A DNA stretch of 64,000 bases from an uncultured Verrucomicrobiae bacterium (GCA_963762565.1 CAVXLD010000001.1:32001-96000); one strand, 5' to 3'. Positions 11,006-24,281 are shown, numbered from the stretch's first letter. Notes: generated by a model not told the origin, from the sequence alone. Made by a program: numbers and translations.

Positions 11006-11719
11006 GATTTTTCTTTACTAAGAGCTTGCTCCTATCTACCTACGAGCTATGCTTCTATCGTCAAGCTGTTTCGACGCACTCGTGCACGCGCTGCCCCCCC
11101 CCCCCTTAAATACCAAAATCATACGTGTGAAACCGATAATGTACTAACCTCTATTATGTCTAACTATATTCCGTTAAAAAAAAAAAAAACTTCACCGATC
11201 GCGGTCGAATGACGCATCGTGCGTGTGGAACCGAAGTCTTTGGCCTTTGATGGCTCGTGTCCGCTCGCTGTGGTAGAGTGGTGCAAATTATATCCGATCT
11301 CTCTTGCTAAAACGGTACCTCTTCTAGATAATAGGTCAGTATCAGATTAGTTTCTCTGTTTCTAATTAGGTTTTTTCTTAAATTTCCGATTTCGTTCAGG
11401 CTATCAAGTAGCATTCAATTTTTCTTGCTTTTTTTTATCTTCTTCTTTTCCTCTCTTTTTTTTTTTTTTTCATTTTTTTTTTTTTTTTTTTTCTCCATTT
11501 TTTCACTATTTTCTTTTCCTTTCCTCTCCTTTTTTTCCTTTATCTCTCTATTTCTTTTCTATTCTTCCCTTCTTTCTCTATCCTATTTTACTCCTCCCCA
11601 CTCCTCACGCTCCCCTCTCGTGATTACCGCTTAAGCCTGCCAGACTATTATCCTGTGCTCGGTTTTGTTTAGCTCCTTTCGCTCCCTCCCCTCATAGTCG
11701 CTGGAGTCGCGCGCACTCT

Positions 11720-12445
<726 letters not shown>

Positions 12446-12492
12446 TTCGCAGCACCCAACACCACCCTCCTCCCTCTCCCAACTCATCTCCC

Positions 12493-12788
<296 letters not shown>

Positions 12789-13129
12789 CCCCCCCCTTAT
12801 GCGGGAGAACCGAGGCCGGTACGTAACACACTGGATCGCGTATCAAGTCGCTAAGAGAAGATCATTACAATGATTTCGATGATTTTGGTAGTGCGACATC
12901 TCGTTGACGCGACTAACGAAGACGGAGCACGGCCGCAGGTAACCGGAGGGCCTTCTATCACACCGTACCCCTAACGGGACTAACTACGGAACGCGATAGG
13001 AAGACAGAACTCATTCACTGATCAGCTCGCATAGAGGAAGAAAGAGTGAAAGAAAAATCTAGAAGTATGAATAAATGCAAGTAGTTACTTGCATAGCTAA
13101 GACCTATACCATTATTCCAAATTAACTAA

Positions 13130-13700
13130 GACAACGGGCTCTACGGTGAAGAGATAGGGAGCGTATTCTGAGAGCCGCCGAAAACTTTGCTAGCGACGGT
13201 TTTCAGGGTGCGACCACTCGGGAAATGATGATGAAGCAAAGGTGCAAGAGACGACGCTTTTACGCCACTACGGACGAGAGATGAGCTGCTGCGCGAGACC
13301 ATTCTTAGCGCGGAGATTTCTCTGAGGAGCTCAACGGGCCACCGCTTCCTGGAAGAACGATTTGACGGGCAATAGGAGCAGTATGTTCAGAAATACTATG
13401 CGCTGCTGTTGAAAAGGGAAGAAATAGACAGGGCTAGGTAGATGAGGGAAGAATACTGAGATGGCTGTACGCTGAGCTAGTATGGAAAAGATGGCGCTAA
13501 GAGAGCGACAATGGTAGATCGTCTGCGAGAGAAGGAGAGCGGGAGATGTGCGCGCGGACGACGACCTAAGCTGTGCTGTCGATATGCTGCGCGATGCTGT
13601 CCACACTGATGCACGTACACGACCTACGGGACGAACGGCTCTTCTGTTGACACCTATCTAAAAACAGTAGTCGCCGTTTTCCTAGAAGGACTTAGGAATC
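13130..13700 (+). pseudogene. Degraded TetR-family regulator
   Basis: RERILRAA..FASDGFQGATTRE..EAKVQETTLLRHY..DELLRETI; later AGDVRADDDLSCAVDML and YLKTVVAVFLEGL. Confidence 0.65.
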
Positions 13701-14345
13701 TTAGCAGAATCTGACAAATAATTAGGGCGGATTAAATGACGTTTCTATACAGTTATCTATGGCTAACATATGGTGTGAAAGCTTTGACTGAGCCGCTCGA
13801 TTGCTTCCGAGATTCGCTCCTTAAAAATAAAGACTGTGTCTACTACGAGCTAGACGCCATTGCGAATTAATGAGTGACTGTAGGTTCAAGCTCATTTTAA
13901 AACTTTGCTAGTAGTTACTAGCAATCTGTAACAATGCAGGTAAATACTTCCGATCTATGACTCCATCAGCGTACCACTAAGCACCTTGCATTAAAGCTGG
14001 ATAGTCGGATTTAACTAAGAAACGGGTTCAGGCAGAGACTGAACTGAAATCTCCAGGAACGATTCTAGACACCAAGAGAAATAGCTAAAAAGGAAGGAGA
14101 CAATGAGATGAATTATTAAGTCTTTTTAACAGTCGGGAACAGCTGCTAAGAGCAACTATAGAGAAAGACTATGAAGCTATAGACGAGCTGATAGAAAGAA
14201 GAGAATCTGCGAGACGAACTGCTGGGCGATTGAAAGATACAACTGCGACATTTATGCGACGGTGAACAGCGCGGCGATTGAGTGAGTTCAACGACGAAGA
14301 GAGACTATAGAAAGAAAAGATAGAAGATAACTAAAAGAGATAAAG

Positions 14346-14533
<188 letters not shown>

Positions 14534-14649
14534 AAAAAAAAAAAGAGAGAAAAAAGAAAGAGAAGAAAAGGAAAAAAGAGAAAGAAAGAAAAGATAGAGA
14601 AATATGTACAGGAGAGTAGCCCAAAGTTCCTGCGAAATAGAGCGAACGG

Positions 14650-15860
14650 GACGGAAAGCATCGTTAGGACACAGGTTAGGTAAGAGGTTTCTAAGAACAC
14701 TTTTAGGAGAAGGTCTGGTACAGATACTGGCTGTTGTAGGCCTATATATATATGCGCAATCAATGAGCTATCAGTCAACCGATGACTTTCATAGAGGGAA
14801 AAGTTACAGGGGTAGAGAAGAAGATAGAAGGGAGGATAGACAAGGTATAAGATGGAGACAATCAGTAGGTGAAGAAAGGGGAAAAGATAGAAGAGATAGA
14901 TACTAGGGATAAAGATGAAAAGCTAAGGCAGAAACAGGAGGCAAGGGAGAGAAAAGAGGCGAACGCGGCGGCAGAGCAGGCCGACGTTGATCAGCAGATG
15001 GCTAAAGTCAAGAGTCTGCAGGCGACGATCGACCAGGACAAGGCGAAGCAAGAATCTTCTCAGGCGCAGGCAGACCAAGACGACGACGACCTGCGCCGTG
15101 AGCAAGACCGTATAGCCGGCACGTCGTCTCGATCCAGGATACATCCATTCTCAGGCCGCGAATCGCGCCGCACAGGCGAACCAGGATTCAGCTAGAATGA
15201 AGGTGAGTTCGGCCGAGGCGCAGTAGCTAGAAGGGCAGGCTGAGGTACGGACCTATCAAGCACTAGTGCAGGTTGTTCTTGCAAAAGAACAAGAAAACGA
15301 GGCTAACGTCGAAGCCGCCAGCTAAATGATACGTACACAAAGCTGTTAGAGATAGAGTAAGGTCAGATCAAGCACAAAGCAGTAGAACAGGGTGACTATG
15401 TCCAGGTAGGTGAAAGCCTGGTAGATCTAGATCGAGAAAACATCTATGTGACGGCGAACTATAAGGAAAATGAGCTAGATCTGATGCGCTCTGGACAGCG
15501 GGTAGAAATCGAGGTGGATACGCTAGGGGGCAGAAAATACAAAGGTCAGGTAGAAAGTGTTCAGAAGGGTAGCGGCGCAGCGTTCAGCCTCTTACCGCCG
15601 GAAGATGCTACAGGGAACTAAGAGAAGGTAGATCAGCGGGTTAGGTGAAAATCCTTTTCGACTCGATTACCGATGTGGGCTTGCCACTCGGACCGGGTGA
15701 GTAGGTAGTCCAGACAGTCAAAGTGCAAGATTATCATTATTCCACTCTTCAATTGATGATGGCGGCTGCGTTGACAGGAGCAGCAATCCTAGGGGTTTTT
15801 GGTGGGGAACCAGGGCACCCAAAGCAAAGAAGAACGCTTAATTCTCTTATGAAAACTAAG
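14650..15860 (+). pseudogene. HlyD/EmrA membrane fusion protein, error-laden copy
   Basis: YQSTDD, VKKGE..EIDTRD, YVTANYKENEL..MRSGQRVEIEVD, GSGAAFSLLPPEDATGN. Confidence 0.8.
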
Positions 15861-16000
15861 AAAGTGACTCGTGAGCGCAATCCATTCCTTTTAACTGGTA
15901 AGCGGCGTTGGCGGCCATTTCGCTGGATCTGGCCGCGTATCTGGCGCGACGACGCGATAAATCATTCATTGAGCCACGGCCCCACACATGTCTAGTCTCG

Positions 16001-17581
16001 ATGCCTGATCAAAACCCGGCTCAAACAGAGCAGCCATGGAAACCGGCTGCTAATCCCTGGTGGATAGCAGCGGGCGTGATGTTGGCGACGTTCATGGAGG
16101 TGCTTGATACCTCAGTGGCCAACGTTTCTTTACCGCACATCGCCGGAACGCTCTCGGTTAGTAGCGATGAATCAACCTGGGTGCTTACGAGCTATCTGGT
16201 TTACAATGCGGTAATTTTGCCTGCCAGCGGTTGGCTCGGTCGAAAGTTCGGCCGCAGACGCTTCCTGATCACTTGTATTACGATCTTTACGATTGCTTCG
16301 GTGCTCTGCGGACTGGCTGACAGCCTGAGTTTTCTGATTCTAGCACGAGTTATCCAGGGTGCGGGAGGAGGCGCTCTGCAACCGGTCTCCCAAGCCGTGA
16401 TGTTGGAGATTTTCCCTAAAGAGAAGCGGGGAGCCGCCATGGCTGTATACACCATGGGAGTGGTGGTGGCCCCGATTCTTGGGCCCACTCTGGGTGGGTG
16501 GCTTACTGACAGCTATTCCTGGCGTTGGGTTTTCTACATTAATCTTCCAGTTGGCATTGTAGCGATCCTGATGTGTCTCCGCTTTCTGGAGGACTCTCCG
16601 TACCTGAAGAACAAGCCGGCCGGGAAAATTGATTTCCTTGGAGTCGGGCTCTTGGCTCTATGGATCGGCTGCCTTCAAGTAATGCTCGACAAAGGCCAGG
16701 ATGCCGACTGGTTTTCATCGAATTTTATTTGTTGGTTGGCAGTGCTCGCACTCCTTGGTTTTGTCATTTTCGTTGTACGGGAACTGACGGCACCAAACCC
16801 GATTGTGAATCTGCGCGTGTTGAAGGATCGAAATCTTGCGATCGGGGTCGTCTTAAACCTAACGGTTGGAGCAATCCTCTACGGCACTACCACAGTACTT
16901 CCGCTTTTTTTGCAAAGCTTACTTGGGTACACTTCCTACCAAGCGGGCCTAGTAATGACCCCAAGGGGGATCGGGGCGATTATCGGTAGCGTCGTTGCTG
17001 GGCGCATTATTTCCAAGATCGATGGCCGTCTCTGGATGGGTCAAGGCGCGGTAATGCTTAGTCTCAGCATGTTTATGATTGGTGCGGTCAGCCTGAACAT
17101 CTCTCCGAGTAACATCATTTGGCCAATCATCATCACGGGATTTGCTAGCACTTCGATCTTTGTCCCGATGTTCACTTTTGCGGTTGCGACCCTGAAGCCC
17201 GAGAACATGGGGGATGCAGCCGGTCTAACCAGCCTGGTCAGAAACCTTGGAGGATCGGTTGGAATATCGTTAGTGACAACTCTGGTGACCCGCGGCACCC
17301 AAGCGCACCAGGCTTTGCTGGTTGGACACCTCACGAAATTCGACGCGCCTTTCCGAAGCCAGCTCGCTACGTTGCAACATTCGTTGACCGCTCAGTCGGG
17401 CCAAGCTGCGTTGATGCAGGCTTACGGCGTCTTGTACCAGGCTCTTCAACAGCAAGCGGGTCTATGGGCTTACGTGGACAATTTTCGGCTCCTGTCGCTG
17501 ATCTGTATCGCGTTAGTACCCATCATCGTCCTGTTCAAGAAAGGGAAGGCGTCACCGGGTGCGGCCGCTGGGGCTCACTAA
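16001..17581 (+). CDS. emrB: DHA2/EmrB-family efflux MFS permease
   Basis: LATFMEVLDTSVANVSLPHIAG, WVLTSYL, APILGPTLGGWLTD, LDKGQDADWF, RNLGGSVGIS; ATG at 16001. Confidence 0.92.
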   Translation: MPDQNPAQTEQPWKPAANPWWIAAGVMLATFMEVLDTSVANVSLPHIAGTLSVSSDESTWVLTSYLVYNAVILPASGWLGRKFGRRRFLITCITIFTIASVLCGLADSLSFLILARVIQGAGGGALQPVSQAVMLEIFPKEKRGAAMAVYTMGVVVAPILGPTLGGWLTDSYSWRWVFYINLPVGIVAILMCLRFLEDSPYLKNKPAGKIDFLGVGLLALWIGCLQVMLDKGQDADWFSSNFICWLAVLALLGFVIFVVRELTAPNPIVNLRVLKDRNLAIGVVLNLTVGAILYGTTTVLPLFLQSLLGYTSYQAGLVMTPRGIGAIIGSVVAGRIISKIDGRLWMGQGAVMLSLSMFMIGAVSLNISPSNIIWPIIITGFASTSIFVPMFTFAVATLKPENMGDAAGLTSLVRNLGGSVGISLVTTLVTRGTQAHQALLVGHLTKFDAPFRSQLATLQHSLTAQSGQAALMQAYGVLYQALQQQAGLWAYVDNFRLLSLICIALVPIIVLFKKGKASPGAAAGAH

Positions 17582-17599
17582 CCTGGGCCACCGAATTTC

Positions 17600-18110
17600 G
17601 CCTAGATGCGAAAGACGTCGCGTTTCGAAGAGCTTTTTCTTCCGCACTTAGATGCGGCTATAGCTTTGCTCGTTGGATCGTCGGAAGGGATCAAGACGCA
17701 CAGGACGTTGTCCAGGAAGCGTATGCTCGCGCGTTGAAAGGGTTTTCCGGCTTCCAAGGAGAAAACCCACGGGCTTGGCTGCTAACCATTGTCCATAACA
17801 CTGCCAACGGCTGGATTAGTATACCTATAAACGAAGAAAAGCTGATGCCATTTGATGAAGATGCCACGCGGTTCCGATGGAAGTCCTCTTCTCTCAACTG
17901 TTCATGAGAGACGACGAGAGCTGTTGGCAGAAGCCTTGAACGGCTCCAGGCTGAGTTTAGTGAAGTCTTGTTCCTGTTAGAGATCGAGAGATGGTCTTAA
18001 AGCAATTGCAGCGGCGCTTAACGTGCGGCTGGAAACCGTGAGGTCACGTCTGCAGGGCGCGCGTCGTCGCATGCAACAAGAGCTGACTCAAGGTCGAGAA
18101 AGGCAAATCG
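17600..18110 (+). pseudogene. ECF (sigma-24-type) sigma factor, frameshifted with an internal stop
   Basis: Region 2 FARW..DAQDVVQEAYARA..RAWLLTIVHNT; region 4 IAAALNV..ETVRSRL..ARRRMQQEL. Confidence 0.75.
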
Positions 18111-18260
18111 GAGAATCCCCCTGAAACATTCTCCGGAATCCTCTTCACGCTCGGTTCGCCGCCTCAGTCTTCAGGAGGGCCGAGGGAACGGAGTAGGTCA
18201 GGCTCGTTGAGAAGCCGGCGGCAGTGGTTTGTTTAATAAGACGAAGGAGTGAAAAACATC

Positions 18261-18910
18261 ATGGCGACAGAAAAAATCCGGGTTGGCATCATTGGAGCAA
18301 GTATGCGCAACGGCTGGGGGCGCGACGCCACATTCCGGCCTTGAGCGCGCTTCCTGAATTCGAGATCACGGCGGTCAGCACGAGCCGCCAGGAAACCGCA
18401 GACGAAACGGCCAAGCATTTCGGAATTCCCCATGCTTTTGCCGACCCTTACAGATGCTCCAGCATCCCGACGTGGACCTCGTCTCGATCTGCGTGCGGGT
18501 GCCTTTTCACCATCAGCTGGGGATGGCTGCTTTGAATGCCGGCAAGCATCTTTACTGCGAATGGCCGCTGGCGGCCACCACTGAGCAGGCTCAACAGATC
18601 TGTGATTTGGCCGTCCGCAAAGGGGTCCGCCACATGGTGGGACTACAAGCTCGCGGAGCGCGCGAGTTCAATCGCGTCAGAGACTTGGTCGCCGAGGGCT
18701 ATGTTGGCAAGGTGCTTTCCTGCACGATGATCATAGCGACGCCAGCCTGGGGCACCGAATTCACGAATGATTGGGCCTATATGGCAGATCGCTCGAACGG
18801 CAATACTCTAATGAGCAGCCCGGAGGACACTCACTAGACGCTCTATGCTTCTGCCTTGGGGAGTTCAAAGAGCTGTCCAGCGTGGTGGCGAATCAGCGCC
18901 AGCGCCACAC
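18261..18910 (+). pseudogene. Gfo/Idh/MocA oxidoreductase, frameshifted and 3' truncated
   Basis: MATEKIRVGIIGAS, HIPAL, AGKHLYCEWPLA, HSLDALCFCLGEF; ends after about 215 codons. Confidence 0.8.
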
Positions 18911-18944
18911 CGTAAGAAAACTCATCATCTGAAAGGAGAAACCC

Positions 18945-19546
18945 ATGCCTGAGCTTTCGCACATCGATCCGCGGAGCGCCGCGCTGTTGGTGATGGATTA
19001 TCAGGTCGATACCCTCACCAAGTTCATGACGGCTGCGCAGTCCGCCGATGCGATCGCGTGCGTGCCTGATCTGATCGCCATGGCACGAGACACGGGCATG
19101 ATGGTGCTTCACGTCGTTGTCGCATTCCGGCCCGGCCATCCCGAGGTCAGCCCCCGTAACCCCTGTTCAGCGCGCTGAAGGCAAACGGAATGGCGGTGGC
19201 CGGGAGCGAAGGCGCCGCCATCCATCCTGCCGCAGCGCCACGAGAGGGGGAACCGATCGTGGTCAAGCACCGCATCAGCCCGTTCGTTGGCACCGACCTG
19301 GAGACGCTGCTGCGCGCCAACGGCATCGACACGCTGGTGCTCGCCGGTGTCCACACCAGCGGCGTCGTACTGTCGACCGTTCGCCACGCCGGCGATCTGG
19401 ATTATCGGTTGGTCGTCGTCCGTGATTGTTGCGCCGACCCAGATGCAGAGGTGCATGCGACGCTGCTCGACATCGTCATCGCGAAGCAGGCGGCCGTCGT
19501 CACCACGGCGGAGCTCGCCGGCGCCCTGCCTGGCAGGTCTTCATGA
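18945..19546 (+). CDS. Isochorismatase-family cysteine hydrolase (frameshift near 19165)
   Basis: ALLVMDYQ, KHRISPFVGTDL, LAGVHTSGVVLSTVR, VVRDCCAD. Confidence 0.85.
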
Positions 19547-19887
19547 ATAAACGCGAGCGATAGACCTGGAGAAGCGTCGCCACTCCCTCATCAATCCCTT
19601 TGCTCCCAGGCAGTGAATGCCTGGCTACGTTCATCAAGTCCCTCCGCCAACAGCACACTCTCTCGAAAAAAATCACCTAGACGAAACGGTCAAACGACGC
19701 TTGTAAACAGGAGAACGCTTCGAACGTAGCGATGCGGGCCGGGCCTTCGGGACAAAAGGTCCGGTCTGAAAACTCTGCCCCTCTAGAAACTATTAGACGA
19801 AATGCGCAAATGACGCTTGTAAACAGGGAGAACGCCAAACGCCAAACGCCAAACGCCAAACGCCAAACGGCGAACGGCGAACGCCAA

Positions 19888-21354
19888 ATGAACCGCCCAC
19901 TGCAAACCGAACTCGGCCAGCCGAGCCTAAGCCAAACAATTGATCCGGCAGCGCGGACAGAAATCATCGTGGGCGTCCTGCTTGCGATGTTTCTGGCAGC
20001 GCTTGATCAGACAATCGTTTCGCCCGCGTTGCCGACTATCGGGTCGTCATTAGGAAACGCGGAATACCTTTCCTGGATTGTCACCGCTTATCTTCTCACG
20101 GCGACAGCAGTAACACCGCTATACGGCAAGCTCGCCGATATCAGAGGGCGGCGTCCGGTTATTTTTGCAGCACTCGGAATTTTTGTAGCCGGATCAATTA
20201 TCTCGGCTCTGGCTGGATCGATGTTAGTGCTCATTATCGGCCGGGCCATCCAAGGGATCGGCGGCGGCGGTTTGGGCGCATTAGCCATGACGGTTATCGG
20301 CGATGTGGTTGCTCCCCGTGAACGAGGCCGATACCAAGGATACATTTCCGGCATGTGGGGGATCGCAAGTTTAGCAGGACCGGTGGTCGGCGGTTTTCTA
20401 TCTCAAAAGCTGCACTGGTCGATGATCTTCTGGATCAATCTACCGCTAGCTGCGATCGCGATTGCCTTTTTTAACAAGCCGTTGAAGAAACTACCTCCGG
20501 TCCGTGGCCAACATAAGTTGGATTTGCTTGGGGCAAGTCTGGTGATCCTGGCCACGACCTGTTTGATGTTACTGTTGACCTGGGGCGGTTCACGGTATGC
20601 GTGGGCCTCGCCACAGACTCTCGGACTAATGGCGGTGTCGCTGGTGTTTTGGGTCTTGTTTGGTTTCAGAATTCGGCATTGCGATGAGCCGATTCTTCCG
20701 ATTGAAGTGTTGAAGAACCCAATCGTAGCAACGGCGACTGCGTCGAACTTTTTCTCGATGGCAGTCAATCTTGGCCTCGGCGTTTATATTCCTCTGTATT
20801 TACAAGGGGTTCGGCATCTGGACCCCAGCACCGCGGGTCTGAGCTTGGTTCCGTTGATGGTTAGTATGGTATGCGGCGCCGCGTTCTCGGGCTGGATGAC
20901 AACCCGATTGAAACATTACAAACGAGTTGCATTGTTTGGGGTAACGATGGCCGCAATGGCCCTCTTTTCGTTGGCGGCTTGGGCCGGAACATTGCCTTAC
21001 CTTGCGCTAGAAGCTGTCTTTATGATCGCCGGCGCCGGAATCGGGACTTCGTTTCCGTTAGTCATTATCAGTGTGCAAAACGCAGTGGACCCGGCGCATC
21101 TCGGTGTGGCGACCGGTGCGGCAACGTTTCTGCGGGCGCTCGGTGGCGCCATCGGTGTCTCAGTTCTCGCTGCTATTTTTCTCGGTTATGGGTTTGCCCA
21201 ACACGTCGATTCTGGAAAGAGCCTAAGCGATCTCGGACCCCACGCGGCAGCCGCTTTCTCCACAATTTTCTTAACGGCCGGGATCGGACTAATCATCACC
21301 GATGTGTTTCTCCTTTTGATGGAAGAGAAACCGCTGCGTAGTAGTGAGCAGTGA
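19888..21354 (+). CDS. MDR-type DHA2 MFS transporter
   Basis: MFLAALDQTIVSPALP, PLYGKLADIRGRR, GRAIQGIGGGG; the listed upstream extension is translated heptamer repeat. Confidence 0.9.
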   Translation: MNRPLQTELGQPSLSQTIDPAARTEIIVGVLLAMFLAALDQTIVSPALPTIGSSLGNAEYLSWIVTAYLLTATAVTPLYGKLADIRGRRPVIFAALGIFVAGSIISALAGSMLVLIIGRAIQGIGGGGLGALAMTVIGDVVAPRERGRYQGYISGMWGIASLAGPVVGGFLSQKLHWSMIFWINLPLAAIAIAFFNKPLKKLPPVRGQHKLDLLGASLVILATTCLMLLLTWGGSRYAWASPQTLGLMAVSLVFWVLFGFRIRHCDEPILPIEVLKNPIVATATASNFFSMAVNLGLGVYIPLYLQGVRHLDPSTAGLSLVPLMVSMVCGAAFSGWMTTRLKHYKRVALFGVTMAAMALFSLAAWAGTLPYLALEAVFMIAGAGIGTSFPLVIISVQNAVDPAHLGVATGAATFLRALGGAIGVSVLAAIFLGYGFAQHVDSGKSLSDLGPHAAAAFSTIFLTAGIGLIITDVFLLLMEEKPLRSSEQ

Positions 21355-21530
21355 ACAGTGAGCAGTAAGCAGTGAGAAGTGAGAGGTGATTGGTGGAGGG
21401 CCTGCCCTGAGCAAGCCTCAGGGGCGTCGAAGGGGTGATCTGGCATCTCGATAAGCTCGTTGACAGGCAAGCATGTCGGCGCTCGAAGAGGTACTGGTAG
21501 ACTGTCCTCGGCGTCTGTCAGCCGGCGATG

Positions 21531-22841
21531 TCAGGGCGCTCTCGGCGATGCCGGCGTTCCTTGGGGCAGGCGCTCTAACGCCGAGTCATGGCGAAGTGAG
21601 AGCACGATCACTAGTGCGACAATAGCGACTGCGGCCAGGATCAGTAGCCCATCAGTAAAGCTTCCAGTAGAGTCTTTGATCATCCCCATGACTGACGGCC
21701 CGAAGAAGCCGGCGAGATTTCCAATCGAATTGATAATCGCGATACCGCCGGCCGCCGCAGCGCCGGACAGGAAAGCCGTGGGTAACGTCCAGAATACCGG
21801 CAGACAGCCAAAAATGCCGAACCCAGCCACGCTGAACGCCACCATTTTCGCGGTCGGATCATTCAGAAAGGCGGCCGCGGCTAGTCCGGCGGCGGCGACG
21901 AAGATAGCGAAGCCGGTGTGAAAGCGCCGTTCGAGTTTTACGTCCGAGCGACGGCCCCACCATACGATGGCGACCACGCCCACGGCGTATGGGATAGCCG
22001 CGACGAAGCCGGTCTGGAGGTTGGACATGCCGAACGCTTTTACAATCTGCGGCAGGAAGAAGCTCAATCCGTAATTGGCCGCGACGGCGCCAAAATAGAC
22101 CAGGCTTAGCGCCAGAACGCGCGGGTTGAGCAAAGCCTGCAGCACGCTGTAGTGACGGGCGGCTTCGCGCTGCTGCTCCTCGGCTGCCAGCCGGTCAACC
22201 AGCCAGCGCCGCTCGTCGTCGGCCAGCCACTCAGCATCAACGGGCCTGTCGGTAAGATAGAACAGGACTACGACCGACAGCAGTAGGGCGGGCACTGCCT
22301 CTAAAATGAATAGCCATTGCCAGCCATGCATCCCGAAGACTCCATCCATCCCCAGAAGCGCGCTGGACACCGGCGCGCCCACGACGGTTGAAAGTGGGAT
22401 CGCCGCCATGAAATATCCGATAACCCGAGCACGATATGCCGCCGGAAACCACAGCGTTAGGTAGAAGATCATGCCGGGGAAGAAACCGGCTTCTGCCACG
22501 CCCAGTAAAAACCGGACCACATAAAACCAAGTCTCGTTTCCTACGAATGCCATCGCCCCAGACATAATGCCCCAGCTCACCATTATGCGCGCGATCCAGC
22601 GTCGGGCACCGAAATGCGCCAGCATCAAGTTGGACGGGACCTCAAAGACGCCATACGCCAGGAAAAAGATGCCAGCTCCCAGGCCATAGGCCGACGCCGA
22701 TAGTCCGAGGTCTTTATTCATCGTCAGCGCTGCGAAGCTGACGTTCACCCGGTCGAGATAAGCGACGAAGTAACAGAGAATCAGAAAGGGGACAAGGCGA
22801 ACAGATACCCTTGCCATCGTGCGTTGTTCGAGCGTGTCCAT
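21531..22841 (-). CDS. MFS transporter, anion:cation symporter (TtuB-like)
   Basis: YLDRVNVSFA, FEVPSN, GARRWIARIM, AEAGFFPG, GWQWLF, INSIGNLAGF. Confidence 0.92.
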   Translation of the reverse strand: MDTLEQRTMARVSVRLVPFLILCYFVAYLDRVNVSFAALTMNKDLGLSASAYGLGAGIFFLAYGVFEVPSNLMLAHFGARRWIARIMVSWGIMSGAMAFVGNETWFYVVRFLLGVAEAGFFPGMIFYLTLWFPAAYRARVIGYFMAAIPLSTVVGAPVSSALLGMDGVFGMHGWQWLFILEAVPALLLSVVVLFYLTDRPVDAEWLADDERRWLVDRLAAEEQQREAARHYSVLQALLNPRVLALSLVYFGAVAANYGLSFFLPQIVKAFGMSNLQTGFVAAIPYAVGVVAIVWWGRRSDVKLERRFHTGFAIFVAAAGLAAAAFLNDPTAKMVAFSVAGFGIFGCLPVFWTLPTAFLSGAAAAGGIAIINSIGNLAGFFGPSVMGMIKDSTGSFTDGLLILAAVAIVALVIVLSLRHDSALERLPQGTPASPRAP

Positions 22842-23231
22842 TGGGGGGATCGTCGCCCTACCGCCCCTGACGAAGCGCTTCGTAGCGCAGTCCTAGGCAC
22901 TCCATCAACTCCCGAGGCTATTGTCAAGCGCCTTGCTTGCAGGGTCGACTAGCGTTCGGCGTTTGGCGTTTGGCGTTTGGCGTTCGGCGTTACGGGTCGG
23001 GGAACGCGAGCGTATCGTCATTGTGGCCGTACTTGGCGCCTACCAGTGCAGTTTCGGCTGCTTTGAGGAAGGGCTCGCAGTCGCAACAGATCCGCCCAGG
23101 TTTGAATCCCAAGAAGTGAGTTCTCGCTCACTTTTGCAAAAGGCGCACACACGGCCAGGACCGTCATTGGGAAGCCCGGTCTCGTAACTCGATTGCCTTT
23201 TCGCCCGCCAAATGCTGATTAACTAGCGGAG

Positions 23232-23840
23232 ATGATGGCTGCCCTTTGTTTATTGACCATTGTACTATTCCTCGTGGGAGTGCCGAATCTCTCTCAGGCG
23301 AGAATCGGAGATACGCTCCAGCAAGCAATCGAAAGGTACGGGAAAGTTGTGAACAAGGCGCCCGGGAATGAATTCGTGATGTTCAAGGAGGCGTCGTACT
23401 ATATCACAGCTCACCTTCATGACGATAAGACCGATGCGGTTACCTATGTGAAGACCGGATCCCAGTCCTCGGCTAAGAGCGCTTTTTCCGACGAAGAAAT
23501 TGAAATGCTTTTGAGGATCAATGGGAACGGTCAAACCTGGGAGCGTTCGCGCACAAAAGCGGGTGCGTACGAATGGAAGACAGAGGATAGAAAACTCCAG
23601 GCAGTTTACTCAGAGTCAAAGTTTCTGGTAATCACGACCGCCGGTTACTTGAAGCGGTTAGACGAAGCGGCAAAGAAAAAGAAAACGAGTAAGGAAGAGA
23701 ATAAGCAAAGAGCTTCGTCTGGTGGCCAGAAGAGCGGGACGGCCAGAAAACGGAGACTCAATCCAACTCCCAGAAAAAGCTCTCAAGCTTACCAGAGCGA
23801 GACCTACCTCCAGACCGGTACTTTTTCAAAATCAGGCTGA
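23232..23840 (+). CDS. Hypothetical secreted protein with basic tail
   Basis: Signal-peptide-like N-terminus ending SQA-RIG; 202 aa ORF. Confidence 0.6.
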   Translation: MMAALCLLTIVLFLVGVPNLSQARIGDTLQQAIERYGKVVNKAPGNEFVMFKEASYYITAHLHDDKTDAVTYVKTGSQSSAKSAFSDEEIEMLLRINGNGQTWERSRTKAGAYEWKTEDRKLQAVYSESKFLVITTAGYLKRLDEAAKKKKTSKEENKQRASSGGQKSGTARKRRLNPTPRKSSQAYQSETYLQTGTFSKSG

Positions 23841-24257
23841 GGGTTCTTTCGCGGCCGGCTTTGAACTCCTCCAACTCCTTCTTCGCTTCAGTTTCTTTTA
23901 GCGAGGGGGATGCCGACTCGTGCCTTCATGTTCGACGATCGGCAAAAATTCCGATCGGCGCAGACACTGGTGCTACTAGTCAAAACTCCTTCGAACAGGC
24001 TTTTGATTCCTGTCCATTGCGTCTCGGCCCTGGCCGGTAAATAGACTTGGCCGAATTCTTCAGGTTCGGCCAGAGTTTCCCGGACGTGCCGTTTCGCTGC
24101 TTCCAGCTCATAGCAAAGGAAAGCAAGCGTTTGCATAAAACTCCTTCCCAACGGGCGGGCGCTCCGCTCACAGACTTATCGGACCGCCGGTCACCGTTGT
24201 TAAGGAAAAGTCTTCCAGGGGGTGCCGATCCTCCAATATATTAAAGCTTCAATGCTG

Positions 24258-24272
24258 ATAGCTTTCGGCTAT
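24258..24272. promoter_or_regulatory. LysR-type recognition box (ATAG-N7-CTAT)
   Basis: atagctttcggctat about 10 nt before the LysR GTG; fits T-N11-A. Confidence 0.6.
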
Positions 24273-24281
24273 TGTCGGCTT

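Noticed and set aside
19732..19887. N-terminal extension of the MFS transporter
   Set aside because: Composed of ACGCCAA repeats; ATG 19888 gives a normal length
23888..24151. Small ORF divergent from the LysR as its target
   Set aside because: No recognisable motif and an uncertain start and end; cannot be supported
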